The notes beneath the pieces are model-generated. The model was not told where the DNA came from. It saw only the letters and a program-made list of their open reading frames with translations, and did not search any database. From NCBI GenBank assembly GCA_964016885.1, contig OZ024740.1, positions 266,042,001 to 266,106,000 on the forward strand: a DNA stretch of 64,000 nt, in the 5' to 3' direction. Below, in pieces: positions 57,322 through 64,000 of this stretch. This DNA comes from Eledone cirrhosa (lineage: Eukaryota). Numbering within the stretch: position 1 is the first letter of the stretch; every line of letters starts with the position of its first letter. Both the position numbers and the translations under genes were made by a program.

Positions 57322-57328
<7 letters not shown>
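55381..57328. mobile_element. Retrozyme-like tandem array of a 465-466-bp non-coding monomer: ~1.8 copies in one direction, ~2.3 copies inverted
   Basis: ACAATTAAGTTAAAAATG at 55381 and 55847, inversion junction at ~56238-56250, one minimal hammerhead per monomer, and long (TA)n on both sides. Confidence 0.9.
56524..56568 (+). ncRNA. Minimal type-I hammerhead; copies at 56989-57033 (+), 55604-55648 (-) and 56070-56114 (-)
   Basis: AATATTG-CTGATGA-GTTG-TAACAA-CAAC-GAAA-CTAG-TT-CAATATT. Stem I 7 bp, stem II 4 bp, stem III a palindromic CTAG. Confidence 0.9.
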
Positions 57329-57409
<81 letters not shown>

Positions 57410-57567
57410 TGCGCATTTTGTGTATCTAGCGAGATACGGTATGTTTAAGAAAAAGCAATTTGAAAGCATTCAGATATGAATTTAGAAACTGAAGACGTAG
57501 CGCCATCTAATGGATTCCAGCAGGGGGAGTAACAAACGAGGTCGTTTCTGACTCTGGTCGTTATTAA

Positions 57568-57610
<43 letters not shown>

Positions 57611-57611
<1 letters not shown>

Positions 57612-58410
57612 TAGCTGCAGTACCCGGTAATACCCGGGAAAGTTGGGCTTATTCACAGCTAACAGAGTGCGCCTGAAAATGCTAACGGCCCTGGATGCCT
57701 ATACCGGTTTGTTTATAGCAGATCAATTTTTTGTGTAGAACTATCAATAGCTGTTAAAGTCATAAGTCCTTCTTCCATCCAGCTTTCTTCATTCGGAGTG
57801 AATAAGCCGGGGAAGTTTGAGTTCGAAGTGTATCGAACTTATTCAACAAACTTATGTATAAGAATAGCAAACTTACTGCCTTAGCGCTCGAGAACAAACA
57901 GAACAATTGAGGAGGTCATCGCAATTATTGAAGAAATTATAACCGAGTGAACATATTCAGGAACTGTTTGTAAAACCCTTCGAATGACTGAAGCAATTCA
58001 ATAAAACCATCCCGTTTTCCCCGTATAGTAGACATAACCCAAGAAAACACACCATAATAAGTCGGATAAACAATCAGAAGTGTTGGCCCTAAAGAGGGCA
58101 TTGTAACGTTCACTGCTGCAAAGTGTCAATAATGGGAGAGAAGTTACATTTTCTTAATTTGTGTTAATCTTCCCACGATCCGACACCTCGAAATATCGAC
58201 AAAATAAACTCTACTCTCAAAGACGTCATGTTACAATTAATATACCTGGAGTACGAATATTCGTCAACATACGATTTGGGTTTTATTCTTCGGACTAATC
58301 TCATGGTAAGCCAACTTCCAGGTCATTGATCATCACACTTTTTTGTAACTTATCACCGATTCCTGCAGGATCTAAGCATGTGCACCTGTTCAGAATCCAT
58401 ATCAGTGGAT

Positions 58411-58414
<4 letters not shown>
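57611..58414 (-). mobile_element. Helitron-like element inserted in (TA)n
   Basis: Minus-strand 3' end CCCGG-GTATTA-CCGGG-TACTGCAG-CTAG|T, with a possible A|TC start at 58414. Confidence 0.6.
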
Positions 58415-58489
<75 letters not shown>

Positions 58490-58792
58490 TTAGGTTTGTT
58501 GGTTCACCACTGGATAGAACTGGTCATTCTGTATAGTCAACCGTGATGTAATATAAGGAAAAGCACTCGACGTAATGCAACTCACCTATTTTCGTTTATG
58601 TTGAATTTTGAAGGCAACTGCTGGCTCTGGCCGGCTTCAGGTCTTAAACATTTCTCTCTACTTTTCAGCCACTTGGATTGTTTCTACCATTATTGTATTC
58701 CTTTATTAGATAAATTTCGTAACGCCTGATGATGTCACCGGGTTCCTACAGAACTGTGTATAGTATTTGTAATAATTCTTTAATACATGTCA

Positions 58793-58850
<58 letters not shown>

Positions 58851-59685
58851 TCAATACATTAACAGAGAAAGCTTTAAGCTTTACTCTGACTGGCTTCCAT
58901 CTCACTCAACAAACATTAGGACATACCTTAGTATAATCCCAATTTTACGTTTGGGGTGCCAACTATATGTATTTTGCGGAAAGCCAGTAGTATTATTTTA
59001 TATGAGACATAATTAAAATATATCTCCTTTTCCAAACAATTGTTTCATTATAAGTTATCTACAAGTTGGGAGAATGTGTCCGGGTTATGTAGAAGCCTTC
59101 ACACATTCGTAGGAATATATGCAGGTGGGTACTTATAAATCATCAGTGGATGTTTAATTAAACAATTCTAGTGATTGAATTATTTATGTTTGTTTCATAA
59201 CGTCTGGTCGAGAGCTTTATTCGGCTTGTGGAAAGGAATTTATTTCTTTGTTCAAATTTTGAATTTTGACCGCCAAAATACGGGGGTTACCACCCTTCGG
59301 GAAAACCACGTGACTGGCAGCAGTGTTTACTGCTAAAATTCACGACTGGAGAGGTTGAGAACGGAAACCTGTTGAGAAAGTGAATCCTCTGTTCGATCTT
59401 CCAAAACCAATAACTTGCATGCCCGCAAGTGGATTTTGTTGATTTCGGATTTACAGAAACCTAGCGGAGATATTGTATAATATCGAGGCGATGGTCCAGG
59501 TTTGTCATATTTTCCTGAGTCAGGTTTCTCGTAGCTTTGGTCCCTGCGGCTGGTTTACCGGTCGCTGTCTTCAATTTGCAAAGCTGTCTAAACGTAAAAT
59601 ACCTTATTGAGTGCTTAGCTGCACATTCCGATTGCATTCGTTAGCTTAGCTGCAGCCAGAGTTTTGAGTATACTGTACTTCTATT

Positions 59686-59743
<58 letters not shown>

Positions 59744-60581
59744 AAGTTTTATTTAAATTGTTGGGTTACAACGAGTAAATATTTATAACTGATATAAAAG
59801 CACTCAACAAGTATTTGGAGTATATTTACGATATTAAATAAATGGAAACTATATTTATAAAACCATATTTATTTCATTATATATATTTCAGGGATATCAT
59901 ATTAAAAATATGGTATGCCTTCTTCAGACAAAATACAATATAAACAGTCTTATAAATAGATAGATTTGACATACCTTTCAACTTCAACTTCCATTTAAAA
60001 AGTTGATTTGGTAGTGAAAAATGTTAGGGACAGTTATAAAAAGAAAGAAAGAAAAAAAGAAATGCATGCAACTAAATAGAGATAGATAGATATAGAGAGA
60101 TAGATAGAGGGAAGAAATGCATGTAAAGAAACAGAGAGAAATATATAGAGAGAGGAAAAAACACAGAGGGAGATAGATAGAGAGAGAGAGAAGAGAGATA
60201 GAGAGAAAAAATAGAGAGAGATAGATATAGATAGAGATAGAGAGAAAGAAAATAGGTAGTTGGGCACCAGTTGAATGACGTATCAATGATATATTTATTT
60301 ATTTATTCATTTATTTAGTTCTAGTATTAAGGTAGAGAGAGATATATGTGGTTAGGAGAGAAAAAACAGCCGTTACATAGAGAGAAAAGAAAATAGAAAA
60401 TATCCAGACATAAACGAGGCAGATTTAAAACATTATGTTTCATCAGTGTAAAAATATCAATTCGTATGAATTAGGTATTATAATGTAAATATCAGTATTC
60501 ATGAATGAGACACGTATCAATAATGTGTGAAAAATAATGATCATATGTCTAGTTTAAAATTCCTAGGTTTATATCAGAGTT

Positions 60582-60710
60582 GAGATAAAAACTGAGATAA
60601 AAAACTGAGATAAAAAACTGAGATAAAAAACTGAGATAAAAAAACTGATAAAAAACTGATAAAAAACTGAGATAAAAAACTGAGATAAAAAACTGAGATA
60701 AAAAACTGAT
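60582..60710. repeat. 11-13-bp minisatellite GAGATAAAAAACT
   Basis: Seen directly in the sequence. Confidence 0.9.
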
Positions 60711-60824
60711 GCTTTCTTTTTATAACTGTCCCTAACATTTTTCACTACCAAATCAACTTTTTAAATGGAAGTTGAAGTTGAAACGTATGTCAAATCTATC
60801 TATTTATAAGACTGTTTATATTGT

Positions 60825-60888
60825 ATTTTGTCTGAAGAAGGCATACCATATTTTTAATATGATATCCCTGAAATATATATAATGAAAT
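60825..60888 (+). ncRNA. Type-I hammerhead; mirror copy at 59871-59934 on the minus strand
   Basis: ATTTTGT-CTGAAGA-AGGCATACCATATT..AATATGATATCCCT-GAAA-TATATA-TA-ATGAAAT. Stem I has two GU pairs. Confidence 0.8.
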
Positions 60889-61139
60889 AAATATGGTTTT
60901 ATAAATATAGTTTCCATTTATTTAATATCGTATATATATATATATATATACAGAGATATCTATTCAGTCGTCAACCAAAATTAGATTGTCGTCTGCTTTG
61001 TTTGAAATTTATTTATGTATATTTCTAATAAGTTGTTGCCTAGTTTAGAGGAATGAGTTGTGGGAGAAGGAACGGATGCAGTGGGGGGGGTTGACATAGA
61101 GTAGTAGTCTCTCCTCTAACCCCTCTCTCACTGAAACGT

Positions 61140-61345
61140 CTTCTCTTTCCTCCTCTATAGTAAAGATGTCCCCAGGGATTACATTATTGATTTTTTTTTA
61201 AATCCAATTAGCCAGTCCTGTTTCTGAATATAAGCTTAACATATGTGTAAAGTTTCAAGATCGGATCACTGGTGTAGGCGCCAACTGGTTATACACAGAT
61301 TACATAAATACACATACAGACAGAAATTGCCATTTATATAGAAGA
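61140..61345 (-). mobile_element. Possible Helitron-like 5' fragment
   Basis: Minus strand starts A|TCTTCTATATAAATGG and shares TGTAAAGTTT with 51920. Confidence 0.4.
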
Positions 61346-62104
61346 TATATGTATATATATATATACGTGTATGTGCATGTTTCTGTGTTTGTGCATGTTC
61401 AGATATATGCATATATATATATATACGAACAAGCCAACATAAGAGTTGAAATTTTCTTTTAGCTTGATTAACATCTCTGATTAGCAGATTGATGCTGGGG
61501 TTGTGGCAATAAACAAAAATATGGACCTTGAGCCAATCATCTGTGAAACGTTCCTAACTGGTTTTCATCAATAAAAATATTCATGTGAAACATCATGTTA
61601 TTCTTAATAAAAAATGTATGTAAATATATGTAGGTCACGTCGATATGTGTATATATATATATATGTATGTAATGCACGTCTGTTGTTGTTGCTGTTGTTT
61701 TTTGTTGTTTTTTCTGTAGAATTTCTCACCTTATAGAAAAAATTACTTTCCACTCCAGGGACAAGTCTCTTTCATTGAAATTTAGATATCAATCAGGTAG
61801 ATGTGTATGTATGTATATATGTATGTATGTATGTAAGTATGTATGTTTGTATATATGTTTGTATGTATATATGTATGCATGTATGTATGTGTATGTATGC
61901 GTGTATGTATATGTATGTGTTTATGTGTGTATGTGTATATATGTATGTATTTATGTATGTGTGTATGTTTGTGTGTCTGTATGTGTCTATGTATGTATGT
62001 GTGTGTATGTATGTATGTGTGTGTATGTATGTGTGTGTCTATATATGTATGTGTGTTTATGTAGGTATGCATGTATGTATGTATGCACGTATGTATGTAT
62101 GTGT

Positions 62105-62636
62105 AAACGGGCGGAAGAACTGATAAGAATCAACGGCCATCCAAAAATGTGTTAATATGTATATATATATATATATATATATGTATGCATGTGTATGTAT
62201 GTATGTACACATATATATATATTTATGTGTGTATGTGTGTATGTGTGTATACATGTATGCATGTATGCATGTGCATGTATATGCGCGGGGACATAGAAAT
62301 AATCGGGATGGATACCCTATCGCGTGGTTAAACCAGTGGGAGAGATGGACCCCTAACCTTTGTCAGAGCATTCTTCTAGGAGAAGGCAACTCAGGAAACT
62401 GGGATAACTCCGACATAAAAACTGCGGCTCAGTAGTTACCAATGATGTTGATCCTTTTCTTCTTTTCGGGTTATAGCTACTGTCGCTCAGAGAGTGGGAT
62501 TGGCTCAGTGCACAGTCTTTCCTCACTTTAAAAAAATCTTCACGCACAAGCATTGCACGATAGCATTAATTGATAATTCTTAATAGTGTTATAACGTGCA
62601 ATGGCCATACTCAATAACGAGGGGGCAGTCATCATG
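62105..62636 (+). mobile_element. RTE-derived non-autonomous element, variant B
   Basis: Colinear with 7853-8325. Confidence 0.65.
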
Positions 62637-63780
62637 TGTGTGTATGTATATATATATATATATATTAATTTTTTGTATTCTGAAACATCAAAATACAACA
62701 ATTTGTTGGTTACTGGTCTCGGGAATGTCACGACAGAAGTTTGTGGAAGTTACACAAATATTTTAGTATATTTTAGCAGAGCAATCCTTATTTATATTTT
62801 ACATTTACTTACATCTCAATATAACATGGCTAGAATTCAAATTTTGCTAAGAGAAGAAAACGGTCAAATGAACTAGATACATCTCACTGTCCACACCACC
62901 ACAATAACGTCTACACTCTCTCCCCACCATCACATGTCATTACCATACCATACCCTATCGAGACTAAAGTCATCGACCTGTTGTCAAACTCTCTACTCTC
63001 TGATGAATGTATATATATATATGTGTGTGTATGTATATGTGTGTATATACATCACTCAGTCAAACAACCAGATTTCAACCCCAACATCTACAACAACAAC
63101 AACACCGGCCCTAATGTTTACAGCAACAACAGCTTCAGAATGAACTGAAATGAACATTTACAACAATTACAACAACAACAACAACAGCGGCATCAAAACA
63201 TAAAAAAAGGAAGGGAAAAGAAAAAAGAAAAGGGAAGGGGAAAAAAAAAAAAAAAAAAAAAAAAGGAGAAAAAAAAAAAGAAAGGAAAAAAAAAAAAAAA
63301 CTCAAAATAACAAAACACACACACACACACACACACACAACAGAACAACAACATCAACTGCCACCACCACCACCACCGCCACCGCCGTCGCCATCACCAT
63401 CACCAGCGACCTGGCCTTAAGAACAACTTTAATAATAATTTTTCTGCTTTTGGCACGGATCCAGCGACTGGCCAGCGCATCACTGGTACTCTCTTTTGTT
63501 GACTCCGTGGAGAGCCATAACTCTATGCTGTAAAGCAATTATAGTAATACTGGACTGTAATACGATCGGCTTCAACTATACAAACTCTTGAAAGTCAACA
63601 GTTGACATAATCTGGTAATCTTGTATCAGTAATGACGGTAATATATATATATATATGTGTGTGTGTGCGTGTAAGTGAGTAGAGTAGCGTGTGTGTGTGT
63701 TTGTTGTGTGTGTGAGTGTTGCTGTGTGCACGCATATGTATGCGTGTGTGTGTATGTCGTACGTATAAGTGTCAATAAGT

Positions 63781-63821
<41 letters not shown>

Positions 63822-63823
<2 letters not shown>

Positions 63824-64000
63824 GCGGGGACATAGAAATAATCGGGCTGGATGCCCGATCGCGCAGTTAAACCACTGGGAGTGAAGAACCCCTAGCCCAT
63901 GTCAGGGTATTCTTCTAGGAGAAGGCATCTCAGGAAACTGGGTTAACTCCGATATAAAACCTGCGGCTCAGTAGTTACCGATGATGTTGATCTTTTCTTC
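63822..64000 (+). mobile_element. RTE-derived element, variant B, cut by the window edge
   Basis: Colinear with 7969-8146. Confidence 0.65.

Larger units (their letters stand above)
59741..60932. mobile_element. (TA)n-flanked Penelope-like insert with 220-bp inverted arms (59827-60047 and 60712-60932) and a tail
   Basis: Arms are reverse complements with a hammerhead in each, and tail AGCACTC is at 59799. Related to the inserts at 14546 and 22615. Confidence 0.85.

Noticed and set aside
57500-57515. CTCF-like motif GCGCCATCTAATGG
   Set aside because: A single short match inside a TA-flanked insert cannot be supported without binding data.
63940-63975. Twister ribozyme suggested by TAACTCCG
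   Set aside because: The remaining twister pseudoknot elements are absent, and the segment is part of the RTE-like 5' UTR.

Overview
Eukaryotic, very AT-rich, microsatellite-saturated animal DNA. The SINE families and repeat landscape resemble octopus/cephalopod genomes; this is inference from remembered SINE consensus, not a database hit. Almost all ORF-track ORFs are translations of (TA)n, (TG)n, (TATG)n or (GTT/GGT)n repeats. The real coding remnants are all retrotransposons: Penelope-like elements (RT plus GIY-YIG), R4/Dong-like restriction-like-endonuclease LINEs sitting in (TAA)n and (CATA)n, and RTE-derived non-autonomous elements. tRNA-type SINEs, Helitron-like elements and two satellites with higher-order structure are also present. 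The main unexplained signal is a dense, diverse set of about 25 type-I hammerhead-ribozyme motifs, folded by hand: about 12 have canonical cores and the rest are variant, partial or decayed. They lie in short inserts bounded by (TA)n tracts, very often as fold-back palindromes with the ribozyme 3' ends pointing outward. Highlights are a non-coding 466-bp tandem retrozyme-like array in inverted arrangement (55.4-57.3 kb), palindromes whose turn lies inside a ribozyme stem, recurrent core position-4 variants, and a shared GAGTGCT tail motif. Host exons are only tentative: a possible terminal exon at 2.3 kb and a possible ephrin-like first coding exon at 36.3 kb on the minus strand.
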